This document shows, in pieces, positions 9,475 through 18,075 of a stretch of DNA of 38,718 nucleotides. Made by a program: the position numbers and the translations under genes. The notes below the pieces were generated by a model. The model was not told the DNA's origin. It was given only the letters and a program-made list of their open reading frames with translations, and did no database searches. The stretch lies in NCBI GenBank assembly GCA_003345595.1, contig PRDI01000123.1:1-38718 (forward strand). The letters are read 5' to 3'. Source of the stretch: Candidatus Thorarchaeota archaeon (GTDB lineage Archaea > Asgardarchaeota > Thorarchaeia > Thorarchaeales > Thorarchaeaceae). Numbering within the stretch: position 1 is the stretch's first letter; each line of letters begins with the position of its first letter.

Positions 9475-10115
9475 CGTTGACCCGCCGTTCCCTTAAGCTG
9501 CTTTACCAGCTTTGCTACTCTGAGGCCCACTTGAGTGCTGCCCTCAATCGCAAGTGGGTCCTCCTTGGAGGTTCTCCACTTCCCGTCGTCGCTCTGCATG
9601 CTGCCAGAACCGAAGGTGCCATCTCTAACAGGGTTCCCAACTGCACCAACGACAATCATTCCGTGTGCCAGAGCATATCTGTTGAGCAAGTCTACGACAG
9701 CCTCCTGTCCACCATAGCGCAGGCCCGCGTATGTTACGACTGCAAAGACTTTGTCTTTGAGCTGATTGTCTTGCATCTTCATCGGCCTAGACCTGTCCAT
9801 CAGGTCCTTTAGGATTCCCGGTACAGATGTGAAATACGACGGGGCCGCTACTATGATGGCATCTGCCTGACGCATCTTCTCCTCAATCTTAGGCATATCG
9901 TCCTTCTCACTCTCAGGACACGGTTTCTTTCTCACACAGGCATCGCAGCCCGTACATCTGCGAATCTGATACTGACACAGGTCGAGCAGAGCGGTAGTCG
10001 GCTCCCTAGAACTGGCGGACAGAACAGTAGAAGCAGCTTCCAATGCTTTTGTGAGAAGAAAGCGAGTGCTGGATCTCTCACCTCTTGGAGACCCGGATAT
10101 ACCCAACACAAGCAT
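9471..10115 (-). CDS. Iron-sulfur flavoprotein (Isf) / NADPH-dependent FMN reductase family
   Basis: GISGSPR, compact CTGCDACxxxxxC cluster motif, AAPSYF, LKDLMDR and GGQE. Overlaps cobO by 4 bp. Confidence 0.9.
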   Translation of the reverse strand: MLVLGISGSPRGERSSTRFLLTKALEAASTVLSASSREPTTALLDLCQYQIRRCTGCDACVRKKPCPESEKDDMPKIEEKMRQADAIIVAAPSYFTSVPGILKDLMDRSRPMKMQDNQLKDKVFAVVTYAGLRYGGQEAVVDLLNRYALAHGMIVVGAVGNPVRDGTFGSGSMQSDDGKWRTSKEDPLAIEGSTQVGLRVAKLVKQLKGTAGQR

Positions 10116-10207
10116 GATGAATCCTCCACTTTAGACGAGTAGCCCGACCATGCCTGTGGAGTACTTCTGTGTTTCGCCTTGTCCAGCGTTATTGGTATAC
10201 TCGTGGC

Positions 10208-10990
10208 TCAAGCCTTTCGGGTGCGTCTACGGGGCTTGCTACTTTTCGACTCGTCATCAAGCAACAGCTCGATGGAGTGCGCGATCTCGCCTGCTGCCTT
10301 GACAGCCTTCAGCCTGCTCTCATCTTTGTAGGAAGCCACGGCTACAGTAAATGAGTGAACCCTAAGGATAGAAACCTCATGGCCCTCGATGGCCACGGTG
10401 TTGGGCACTACATCGGCAACGGCCTTTATCACTCCATGCGATATCTCCGACCGGATTGCAGCCAAGTGACTGTCTGGTACGCTTCCATGAACGAGACTGC
10501 CGGCCGCGTCAAACACACCCACATAGGCAACGTTGTGGGCTTCTAGATTCGCATCTACAAGCTTCTCAATCGCTGTCGAAACCCTCTCAGACGGGGAACC
10601 AAGATTCATTGTGACATACTTGTTGACCAACGCCTCTAGTCCCTCAATCTGACCCATGTCCCCAGACCAAGACACCATCAACTCTCCATAGGCAGTCGCA
10701 AACTCCTTACCCAGCGATGTCATGCGCTTGTTCAGGTGAGCAGCGTCCTCATCATCTGACGTCAGCAAAGCGATCGCAAATGACTTGAAGAACATGTAAG
10801 CCCATTGCATGCCTTCCTGTTTCAGAGCGTATACCTGTCCTGCCGCAGTGCTCCCGCTCGAGGTGAAGAGTGTGACACACGCCCTGACTTGTGGAGGGAC
10901 TGTTTCTTCTACTGAGGAGCGACCCTTGTCGTATGACCGCCCATACAGCGGCTCTCCGTTCGTCTTCACGAGGTAGGCTCGGAGTATCAT
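10208..10990 (-). CDS. Putative longin-domain + roadblock/LAMTOR-like fusion (eukaryotic signature protein)
   Basis: The N-terminal half (MILRAYLVKTNGEPLYGRSY...EFATAY...WSGD) follows the longin-like pattern of Asgard proteins. The C-terminal half (VAYVGVFDAAGSLVHG...VSILRVHSFTVAVAS...EIAHSIELLL) fits a roadblock topology. The start could be 11032, 11002 or 10990. Confidence 0.6.
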   Translation of the reverse strand: MILRAYLVKTNGEPLYGRSYDKGRSSVEETVPPQVRACVTLFTSSGSTAAGQVYALKQEGMQWAYMFFKSFAIALLTSDDEDAAHLNKRMTSLGKEFATAYGELMVSWSGDMGQIEGLEALVNKYVTMNLGSPSERVSTAIEKLVDANLEAHNVAYVGVFDAAGSLVHGSVPDSHLAAIRSEISHGVIKAVADVVPNTVAIEGHEVSILRVHSFTVAVASYKDESRLKAVKAAGEIAHSIELLLDDESKSSKPRRRTRKA

Positions 10991-11113
10991 AGCACCAGTC
11001 ATCTGAGAAGAGGCCGGTCCATCCTGCGTCATAAGTATTCTCTATCAGTGCTCCTGGAAGCAAGACAGTGTATTTTTATGACAGGATTGAGAACAAGCGG
11101 TGGGTGTGACAGT

Positions 11114-11419
11114 ATGCCTCGTGCGAAGAGCGACCTTCTGAAGCGGACTCGTTATGACATCTTTGCAGAGATCATCAGAGTGGTATACATCTACGGCTAT
11201 TGTCCACTCACACGTGCTGCTAGGTCTACAAACATGCCTGTTGACAGGGCAAAGGACGCCATCGACTACTTGTGTGAGCGGGGGCTTCTCGAAACCGAGG
11301 ATGATGAGGGTAAGCGCGTGTATAAGGTGACTGTGAGAGGAAACCAGTATCTCGAACTCTACAAGAGGATGGCAGGTATGGTGGGAATTCCCATCCCTGA
11401 ACCGATTATGGGCATGTGA
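11114..11419 (+). CDS. Winged-helix transcriptional regulator (HTH_45/COG3432-like)
   Basis: KRTRYDIFAEII...LTRAARSTNM...IDYLCERGLL...YKVTVRG..YLE. Divergent from the longin-like gene. Start placed at ATG 11114. Confidence 0.85.
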   Translation: MPRAKSDLLKRTRYDIFAEIIRVVYIYGYCPLTRAARSTNMPVDRAKDAIDYLCERGLLETEDDEGKRVYKVTVRGNQYLELYKRMAGMVGIPIPEPIMGM

Positions 11420-11716
11420 TAGTAGGCCTCTCGACATTCCTCTCTTGCCTTTCCATTGCAGATGAATAGTGCGGCAGAGAATTGTCGGATTGGTGCATCC
11501 ATCACCAGATTCGGATGGTTCCACATCATGAAAAGGACCCGGCGGTTTGCGACACTCATTCGGTCCACGTGATACAGCGCATCTTGAGTATTCATGCCCT
11601 CCTACTGATGCCAACAGTGAAACTCATATTGCCCGAGAAACCCCTCAACAGATGCCTCGACTTTAGTAAACAAGCGGACAGGTTGGCACGAACTGAGATT
11701 GAGCGAAGTTTCCCAC

Positions 11717-12448
11717 ATGGATCTGACAGAAGCCAGAAAGATCCTGCAAGAAGCGAAAGAGAAGGATGTGATCCTCCGCTTGGTTGGAGGACTGGGAATC
11801 CGGGAACATTGTACGAAGATAGCCTTCTGCGAACGAAGTCACGTTGACATAGACTTCGCTGGATTGTCGAGCCAGTCGACAAAGATCGCTAGTGTCATGG
11901 AAGGTTTCGGCTATGTAGAGAACACGAGCATGACGATGGCGACGAGTGGGAGAAGGCTGGTGTTTGAAAAACCGAGGTCCAAAGATCACATAGATGTCTT
12001 TCTTGATAGTCTCGAATTCGAACATAGAATCAAGCTGAAGGATAGGTTGGAGATCGAGGACTCAACGCTTTCCCTGAGCGACCTACTTCTCTCCAAATTG
12101 TCAATCTCAAGACTCAATGAGAAAGACATCCGAGACATCATCACTATTCTGAAGGATTTGCCGTTTGGAAACAAGGACTTGCCTGGACTCGTTAATGCTG
12201 ATTACATTACGCGTCTGTGTTCTGAAGACTGGGGTCTGTATCACGATGTGTTAGACTCCATAGCCAAATGCCTCGACGCGCTTGGATCCTACGAACTGAA
12301 CTCGGCCGAAACTGAACGCGTACTACAAGCTCTGAATGCTCTGAGGAATTCTCTGGTCGGCAGTAAGAAGACAATACGTTGGAGAATGAGAGCCTTGGTC
12401 GGAGAGCGAGCGCCATGGCGAAGAACTGTCGAGGAACAGAACGCCTAG
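11717..12448 (+). CDS. Uncharacterised nucleotidyltransferase-fold protein
   Basis: LVGGLGI...DIDF (GG plus DxD), a third Asp in HIDVFLD, and LLLSKL...NEKDIRD, as in Pol-beta-superfamily NTases. The ORF track starts at TTG 11699. Confidence 0.75.
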   Translation: MDLTEARKILQEAKEKDVILRLVGGLGIREHCTKIAFCERSHVDIDFAGLSSQSTKIASVMEGFGYVENTSMTMATSGRRLVFEKPRSKDHIDVFLDSLEFEHRIKLKDRLEIEDSTLSLSDLLLSKLSISRLNEKDIRDIITILKDLPFGNKDLPGLVNADYITRLCSEDWGLYHDVLDSIAKCLDALGSYELNSAETERVLQALNALRNSLVGSKKTIRWRMRALVGERAPWRRTVEEQNA

Positions 12449-12602
12449 ACTCGAAGACATCGCAGACAAATGACCTGAATGACGCTCTTTCAGGGTGTAG
12501 CACCGTTCTATAGCGGACAAACATAGAGCCCAGAAGCCGATTCCATCCCCAGCAGTCGCCAATCGCGAGGTAACATCTTGTGACTCCATCAGGTGTGTCT
12601 GC

Positions 12603-12645
12603 TTTATATTACGATGATTGGCAGATTCGAACTAGAAGAAGAGGT
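12603..12645 (+). promoter_or_regulatory. TATA-box-like element and Shine-Dalgarno-like motif for the bactofilin-like gene
   Basis: TTTATATT at 12603-12610 and GAGGT at 12641-12645, ahead of ATG 12654. Confidence 0.5.
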
Positions 12646-12653
12646 CAAGAACG

Positions 12654-13892
12654 ATGACCGAAGCCCAGGTTTTCAGGAACAAAGACAGAGTTGAACTTGG
12701 TACTATCCAAGGTGACGTTGAAATCCGTGACTGCAAGGTCATAGCCCCTGAGCAGGGTGAGCAGATCACGGTCACCGGGACAATCCGAATCCGAGGGGAT
12801 ACAGTCATCGAAGGATCATTGAAAGCATACGGTCTGCGTGCCGAGCGCTGTGACGTCGAGATACAGGGTGACTTGTCTGTTGAAACTAATGTCACCATTG
12901 ACAAGGGAAGTATCGAAGTCGCAGGCTCAGCCAGTGCCAAGCAGATTCAGGCAGACGGGACCATCACCGTTGGAGGAGACTTGGTCTGTGGTTCTGGCAA
13001 GGCGGGTGGAGCAATTCGAGTGACCAAGAATGCTAAGGCGATGAGGCTCTCAGCTGGAGGCTCAGTGGCGGTCAATGGAGATGCTGAGGTCGATAGGCTG
13101 GATGCTGGCGGGTCAGTTTCTGTTGGTGGCAGGATTGATTCCAAGGAGATGGATGCCGGGGGCAGCGGCAGGTGCAACTCCGGCAAGATCTCGCGGGTGG
13201 ATATCGGTGGTTCCTTCAAGGCAGAGGGCGCCGTAGAAATCGACGAGATTGACGTAGGCGGTGCGGTTTCTGTGGGGCCCGGGTCCAAAGTTGGGTCGAT
13301 CGATGTGGGAGGAGCTTTCAGAGCATCTGGTGACCTCACCTTCGGGAAGATAGATGTCGGCGGCGCTGTCAGGATAGAAGGCTCCGCTCAAGGTTCTCTG
13401 ATTGATGTGGGTGGCGCTGTACACGTCAATGGTTCTCTCACCCTAACTGAGAAGCTAGACGTGGGAGGAACTGCGGTAGTTGGCCAGGACCTACACTCTT
13501 CGGGCACAATCGATGTTGGTGGGACTCTCACAGCTGGCGGCAGAATTGAGTCCATTGGAATCGATGTCGGCGGCAAAATCGAGGCGAAGTACATTAGAGC
13601 TGAGGAAACGTTCAGAATCGGCAAGAGAGGTGAGGCCCGAGGAACTGTCGAGTCCAAGGACATTGTCATCAGGGAGCGCGCAAGAGTCGAGTCGCTTTAC
13701 GGAGACCAGATCCGTGTGGAAGAGAGAGCCAGAGTGAAGAACATCTACGGCCGCTCAGTCTACCTTGAACGGGAGGTTGTTGTCGAGGGCGAAGTCCTGT
13801 ACACAGACAGCTTTGAGGCTGAGGAACGCGCCGTTCTCAAGACCGAACCAAGAAAGGTGGACAGACTTCCTCCACCGGAGGGCATGCGATAG
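12654..13892 (+). CDS. Polymer-forming cytoskeletal (bactofilin-like) beta-helix protein, YhbE/YhbF-like
   Basis: About 12 consecutive 16-18-aa repeats containing (D/S/K)(V/A/I)GG, flanked by I.G.L/V.G beta-solenoid rungs. Rich in Gly/Val/Ile, with no signal peptide. Confidence 0.72.
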   Translation: MTEAQVFRNKDRVELGTIQGDVEIRDCKVIAPEQGEQITVTGTIRIRGDTVIEGSLKAYGLRAERCDVEIQGDLSVETNVTIDKGSIEVAGSASAKQIQADGTITVGGDLVCGSGKAGGAIRVTKNAKAMRLSAGGSVAVNGDAEVDRLDAGGSVSVGGRIDSKEMDAGGSGRCNSGKISRVDIGGSFKAEGAVEIDEIDVGGAVSVGPGSKVGSIDVGGAFRASGDLTFGKIDVGGAVRIEGSAQGSLIDVGGAVHVNGSLTLTEKLDVGGTAVVGQDLHSSGTIDVGGTLTAGGRIESIGIDVGGKIEAKYIRAEETFRIGKRGEARGTVESKDIVIRERARVESLYGDQIRVEERARVKNIYGRSVYLEREVVVEGEVLYTDSFEAEERAVLKTEPRKVDRLPPPEGMR

Positions 13893-13900
13893 GACCTACG

Positions 13901-14692
13901 CTAGCGACCTCTCAGCAGCAAGACTCGCCGCTCACACTCAGAAGTATAGGGCCGGCCATCAAACCCACCAAACTCCTGTTCGATCACAAATCCAGACAGT
14001 TCGACAAGCAGATCTGCCTCTCTGTTGAAGATTACCGCCGCTCCCGATGCCACCTCTATCACTCGGTCAAGGTTATGCCTTCTCGTGCTGGGTTTGTGCA
14101 CGGAGTACTTGACATCCACTCTCATTATCTGGTTGACGAAGTCAGTATGTATCTCTCCTCTTCTGACGACGACTCTCCCATCGGGCAGAGAAGCGGGGGG
14201 CTCTTCGAATTCCATGTGATCTGGAAGCAAAGCGCCACAGCGAAAATCGAGTATGAAGAGACCTCGGTTGGCTAGGTGCTTTCTAATGCACGCCAATGTG
14301 GATAACTGATCTCTGCTGGTCATTGCGTGTCCAAAGGAGTCAGGTATCATTATAAGCGAATATGTCTGATTGAGGGTAAAGTCTCTCATGTCGCCCTGAA
14401 CCAGCCTGATTCTCTCAGTGACGCTGCGCGGCTCGTGACTCATCCTCTTTCGGAACTCTTTGAGCATGGATGGTGACATCTCAAGAGCAGTCATCTCAAA
14501 CCCCTCTCGGGCTAGAGGGAGTGTTACTCGACCTGCCCCGGCTGCTATATCCAGAATTGGAGACCCCTGTCTGCGTGCATAATCGAGATAGAAAGGGATA
14601 TCGTTCGTGCCTGCAAAGAGGTCGCAGAACTCTCCTACTCCTTCGTATCCGGGACCGATGGTCTCACCAGCACTCTTTGCGTTCATGTGCAA
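13901..14692 (-). CDS. Class I SAM-dependent methyltransferase
   Basis: DIPFY, ILDIAAGAGRV (motif I), LEMSPSML, QGDMRDF and HL...GLFILD. Confidence 0.9.
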   Translation of the reverse strand: MHMNAKSAGETIGPGYEGVGEFCDLFAGTNDIPFYLDYARRQGSPILDIAAGAGRVTLPLAREGFEMTALEMSPSMLKEFRKRMSHEPRSVTERIRLVQGDMRDFTLNQTYSLIMIPDSFGHAMTSRDQLSTLACIRKHLANRGLFILDFRCGALLPDHMEFEEPPASLPDGRVVVRRGEIHTDFVNQIMRVDVKYSVHKPSTRRHNLDRVIEVASGAAVIFNREADLLVELSGFVIEQEFGGFDGRPYTSECERRVLLLRGR

Positions 14693-15052
14693 GACGTCCG
14701 GCAGGTGATGCCTGAACTAGACCGAAATACCTATCGAATCAGCTTTGACGGTATGAATCTGCCATAGTCAAGAGATTGACAGACTAGTCATTCATTGTCT
14801 AGCTCCATGGAGAAACACATCAGCTGCCAATCGAGCACCTTAAGACGCATCATGCATCATCTCCACACGTCGCAACCCCGAGACACGACAATGTTGACCC
14901 GCTTTCGTGATCAGTTGCTCACTGACCCCCGTTCCGCACCATAGACACTCCATGCAGACTCGAACGAAGCCACTTGAACAGGGCTTACACATTGGCAATT
15001 GATGGCCCGCCCACTTCTTGTTCCTATCAAAACGACTAATAATGCCTAGAGC

Positions 15053-16102
15053 TTGGCAGCCTTATATGATGGAGGGATAAACAGCGTGCGTACGCAGCTT
15101 CTCAGAGCAACCGGCCAGCAATCAAATTCCGTGACAGATCTCCTTGAAGATCATGATATCCGCAGAACTACGGCGGCAATTGACACGTACATCAACCGCT
15201 ATCTCGATACTGACGTCGGGCAGCCTCAGGAACTGTACGATGCAGCCCATCACCTCATCAGGGCGGGCGGCAAGCGGCTACGGTCGCTGATCACGGTCCT
15301 CACGTGCGAATTGGTCGGAGGAAGTCCTGAGAAAGCCCTTCCTGTAGCGCTGGCTGCAGAGCTTCTCCAAACGGCCAGCCTGATACACGATGACATCATC
15401 GACAACGAAAGGACCAGAAGGGGGGTGCCGGCGGTACACCGGGTTTTTGGTGTCAAGATGGCCATCATTGCAGGCGATCTGCTAATATCTCAGGCAGTCC
15501 GCATACTTGGAGAACAGGGCAACCCGGAGCTGCTGGCCATAATGGGGGGCAATGGCGCCCGAATGTGTGAGGGCGAAGCGGCAGACATGTCTGTGAGTCC
15601 GGACCGCCCAGAAGCTTTCAAGAAGAAGCAGTATCTAGAGCTCGTCGAGAAGAAGACTGTGTCGTTCCTTGAAGAGTCTGCTAGAATGGGGGCAGTTGTT
15701 GGAGGCGCAACTGAGAGTCAGAAGCGTGCCTTGACCGAATATGCTAGAGCATTGGGTTTCGCCTTCCAGCTTCGAGACGACCTCCTTGACATTGATAGTA
15801 GCATGAGGACTCGAACCGGCAGAAGCAGATCAAGCCTCGAGCTAAAACGCGGCAACTACGTTCTGATCCAAGCATTGGAGATGCTAACCCAAGAAGAGAG
15901 AGCAGCTTGCCTCATATCATTGGCCGAAGGAAGGACAGGACCCGCAATGCGAGCAATCAAGGCCACAAACGCCGCAGAGCTAGTACAAGAAGCCGCGCGA
16001 GATTATGTCGAACAAGCCAAGCGCGCTCTTTCTGGGCAGCCGCCAGAATATATACGCCTGCTCGGCAAGCTCGCTGACTTCGCATTGGTTCGCGAACAGT
16101 GA
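15053..16102 (+). CDS. Trans-isoprenyl diphosphate synthase (polyprenyl synthetase family)
   Basis: GGKRLR, FARM SLIHDDIID...RRG, AIIAGDLL, KKT and SARM FQLRDDLLD. The start is uncertain; in-frame GTG alternatives lie downstream. Confidence 0.9.
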   Translation: MAALYDGGINSVRTQLLRATGQQSNSVTDLLEDHDIRRTTAAIDTYINRYLDTDVGQPQELYDAAHHLIRAGGKRLRSLITVLTCELVGGSPEKALPVALAAELLQTASLIHDDIIDNERTRRGVPAVHRVFGVKMAIIAGDLLISQAVRILGEQGNPELLAIMGGNGARMCEGEAADMSVSPDRPEAFKKKQYLELVEKKTVSFLEESARMGAVVGGATESQKRALTEYARALGFAFQLRDDLLDIDSSMRTRTGRSRSSLELKRGNYVLIQALEMLTQEERAACLISLAEGRTGPAMRAIKATNAAELVQEAARDYVEQAKRALSGQPPEYIRLLGKLADFALVREQ

Positions 16103-16176
16103 GAGCGGGTCAGCTACAATGACAAATGCTTGTGCGTTTCCAAGTTGACCTTAAATCCTGCAGAGAGCATTGACGT

Positions 16177-16255
16177 TTGACACGACCTTAATCCTCGTGT
16201 CAAGCCTCAAATCCGACATCTGCTCAGCCGGTGGAAACCTCCCTCTTCCACCGGC
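16177..16255. terminator. Two perfect stem-loops in a convergent intergenic gap
   Basis: TTGACACGA-N9-TCGTGTCAA (16177-16203) and GCCGGTGGAA-N9-TTCCACCGGC (16227-16255). Confidence 0.45.
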
Positions 16256-16309
16256 AACTCTTGTTCTCTGAGAATGTCTACGGCAAACAGACGAACTTGA
16301 TGTTCGATG

Positions 16310-16576
16310 CTAGAGAGAATTGAGGAAAACAGCTGGCTCGTCCCCTTGGTCGATGGCCCGGACTCTGAACTTTGTTCCCTGCTCAAGCCTCATTTCAGAG
16401 GCAGTCAGTGCTCCAGCCAACTGCTTTCTGATGCCAGCCTTACTGCCTTTCCACAAGTAGATGCTCTTTGTAGGTTCGTGAACGATGCAGAATACTCGGT
16501 TTGGTTCGAGGTTCTCTTTCTTCACATCCAAGCTGACGTGTGTGCCATCATCAAGCAGCTCAAGTCCCGCGGCCAT
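16310..16576 (-). CDS. Single-domain gelsolin/cofilin-fold actin regulator (Asgard ProGel/1DGel-like)
   Basis: Gelsolin-repeat signature VFCIV.....SIYLWKGSKA......A...A..M.......V..IDQGDEP..FL in an 88-aa protein. GGAGG upstream. Confidence 0.82.
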   Translation of the reverse strand: MAAGLELLDDGTHVSLDVKKENLEPNRVFCIVHEPTKSIYLWKGSKAGIRKQLAGALTASEMRLEQGTKFRVRAIDQGDEPAVFLNSL

Positions 16577-16628
16577 GTAGTTTCAGAACCTCCACCATTT
16601 CACAGGGCTATCTAGTGCTCTACAGCTA

Positions 16629-16982
16629 TCAGATGCGCTCAAGCTGAGCTCTGACGGTGCTACCGCAGTAGTTGCACCGTGCCTCGAGGGGGCCGACCCA
16701 ATCAATGTGTTCCTGAGCAATAGCTGCCCCACACGACGGGCATCTTTCGGGCAAACGAACTGTCCTGATCTCACTCCCGTCAGACCGGACGCTTCCTCTG
16801 TATCTCTCGGGAATCGCAAACTGGGGCGCGTCTACCAGCACTCCCTTGACTGCTTGAGACCCTACTGAACACACCTTGAAGATTACCACGATGGCGACAA
16901 CCAACATTATCAAAGGCACGATGATGAACATCAGCCCTATTGCGCCAAAAAGACCGAAGAAGTAGTCAAACGGAAACTGCAT
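16629..16982 (-). CDS. Membrane-anchored Zn-ribbon protein
   Basis: Long N-terminal hydrophobic segment followed by a C-terminal CPSC...CNYC Zn-ribbon. Confidence 0.75.
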   Translation of the reverse strand: MQFPFDYFFGLFGAIGLMFIIVPLIMLVVAIVVIFKVCSVGSQAVKGVLVDAPQFAIPERYRGSVRSDGSEIRTVRLPERCPSCGAAIAQEHIDWVGPLEARCNYCGSTVRAQLERI

Positions 16983-17097
16983 TCATGACATCCTCAAAGC
17001 TGCAATGAATCTGTCATAAAACCGTCTGACATGCCTTATTACCTTTGTCGAACTTGCCCATGCCAGCGTGAGGACTGAGGCAGGTCAGTGCGATACT

Positions 17098-18075
17098 CTA
17101 CCCGGCTGTTTCCTCTCCGGCTTTCAGTGAGAAAGCAGTCTGTATGAATCTCAGACCGAACGCCAACATGCCAAGGCCAAAGACGGCTCCGAGAATCGTA
17201 GGAAAGATCAGATCAAACCGGGTGATACCGATGTACATCAAGATGAGACCGATTCCTCCCCCTACCCCAAGCTGAACAAGGCCGTTCAGCATGAGATTCG
17301 CCCTGAAGGCTACTCTTCTGGGAAACTGAGAATAGATCACTCGACCCGATGCTCCATCGACGAGAGCCTCATAGTTCCTGAACATATAGCTGTACTTCAG
17401 ATGCCACACGGGAACGTGAACCAAGAAGACAGCAGGCACCTTGAGTTTGGAGTCCATCTTCTTGATACTGTCGACCTCTTTCAGAGCTTCCTTTCGGAGC
17501 ACGTCGCCCATCTCTCTCTGTGCCAGTTCAATGGCTTCGTTGCGTCTTACTTGCGTGTCCTCAAGGGATCCACCCGACTCAAGCACCAGCTCTCTCTTCA
17601 AGAACTCCTTTCTGCGGGTGGGTATCATGTACTTCCTCAAGTGCACAGGGACCTTGCTGTGAGCCGGTATGAAGATGTCTCTCTCAATGTCGATGTGGCC
17701 CGATTCTGGGACAGTCTTCCATCCGAACCTTCCTGCAGAGCCTGATGCTCCGAAGTCCGGCTTCCTTTGGGTTCCAGCATAGTCGGCAACGGCCTCGACC
17801 TCCACGACCCAGAACGGCCAATAGGCAAGTCTGCGAGCCTTGACCTCCGCCTTCGCATCAAGGTCTTTTGGAGCACCAAGCTGCTTTGCTGTCCAGCTGA
17901 TAAGCCGCTCCTTTGACTGTTGAGGCCCATACTGGAGGCGCATCATATAGTGTTCCTTCAGAATCTCCTTTGTCAGCACCTGAACGGTTGTGCCACAATA
18001 TGGACATACAACAGTACTGCTGTGCTCCGAGAACTCAATCTTGCCTTTGCACTGAGGACACTCCATCTGGTTCAT
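17098..18075 (-). CDS. Zn-ribbon membrane protein (N-terminal CPQC/CPYC, two C-terminal TM helices)
   Basis: CPQC..CPYC, YWPFW, VHVPVWHLKYSY...VDGASGRVI and two TM helices. Overlaps the upstream paralogue by 4 bp. Confidence 0.75.
   Translation of the reverse strand: MNQMECPQCKGKIEFSEHSSTVVCPYCGTTVQVLTKEILKEHYMMRLQYGPQQSKERLISWTAKQLGAPKDLDAKAEVKARRLAYWPFWVVEVEAVADYAGTQRKPDFGASGSAGRFGWKTVPESGHIDIERDIFIPAHSKVPVHLRKYMIPTRRKEFLKRELVLESGGSLEDTQVRRNEAIELAQREMGDVLRKEALKEVDSIKKMDSKLKVPAVFLVHVPVWHLKYSYMFRNYEALVDGASGRVIYSQFPRRVAFRANLMLNGLVQLGVGGGIGLILMYIGITRFDLIFPTILGAVFGLGMLAFGLRFIQTAFSLKAGEETAG

Noticed and set aside
11359-11698. Short ORFs in the gap between the wHTH and nucleotidyltransferase genes
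   Set aside because: They overlap flanking genes and show no protein-like motifs. A small gene cannot be excluded but is unsupported.
12990-13590. Recurring GATGT(C/G/T)GG(C/T)GG at ~51-bp spacing, superficially CRISPR-like
   Set aside because: These are codons for the DVGG protein repeat, with synonymous variation and an intact frame. No identical direct repeats or cas genes are present.
14693-15052. 360-bp divergent intergenic region with a ~45-codon ORF and a short GTCAA-N4-TTGAC palindrome
   Set aside because: The ORF has no motif or clear initiation signal, the 5-bp arms are expected by chance, and no tRNA or ncRNA fold was recognised.
16540-16598. Upstream ATG (MVEVLKLHGRGT*) suggesting a frameshifted gelsolin start
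   Set aside because: The gelsolin ORF from ATG 16576 is already complete, and GGAGG lies upstream of it. The short out-of-frame ORF needs no special explanation.
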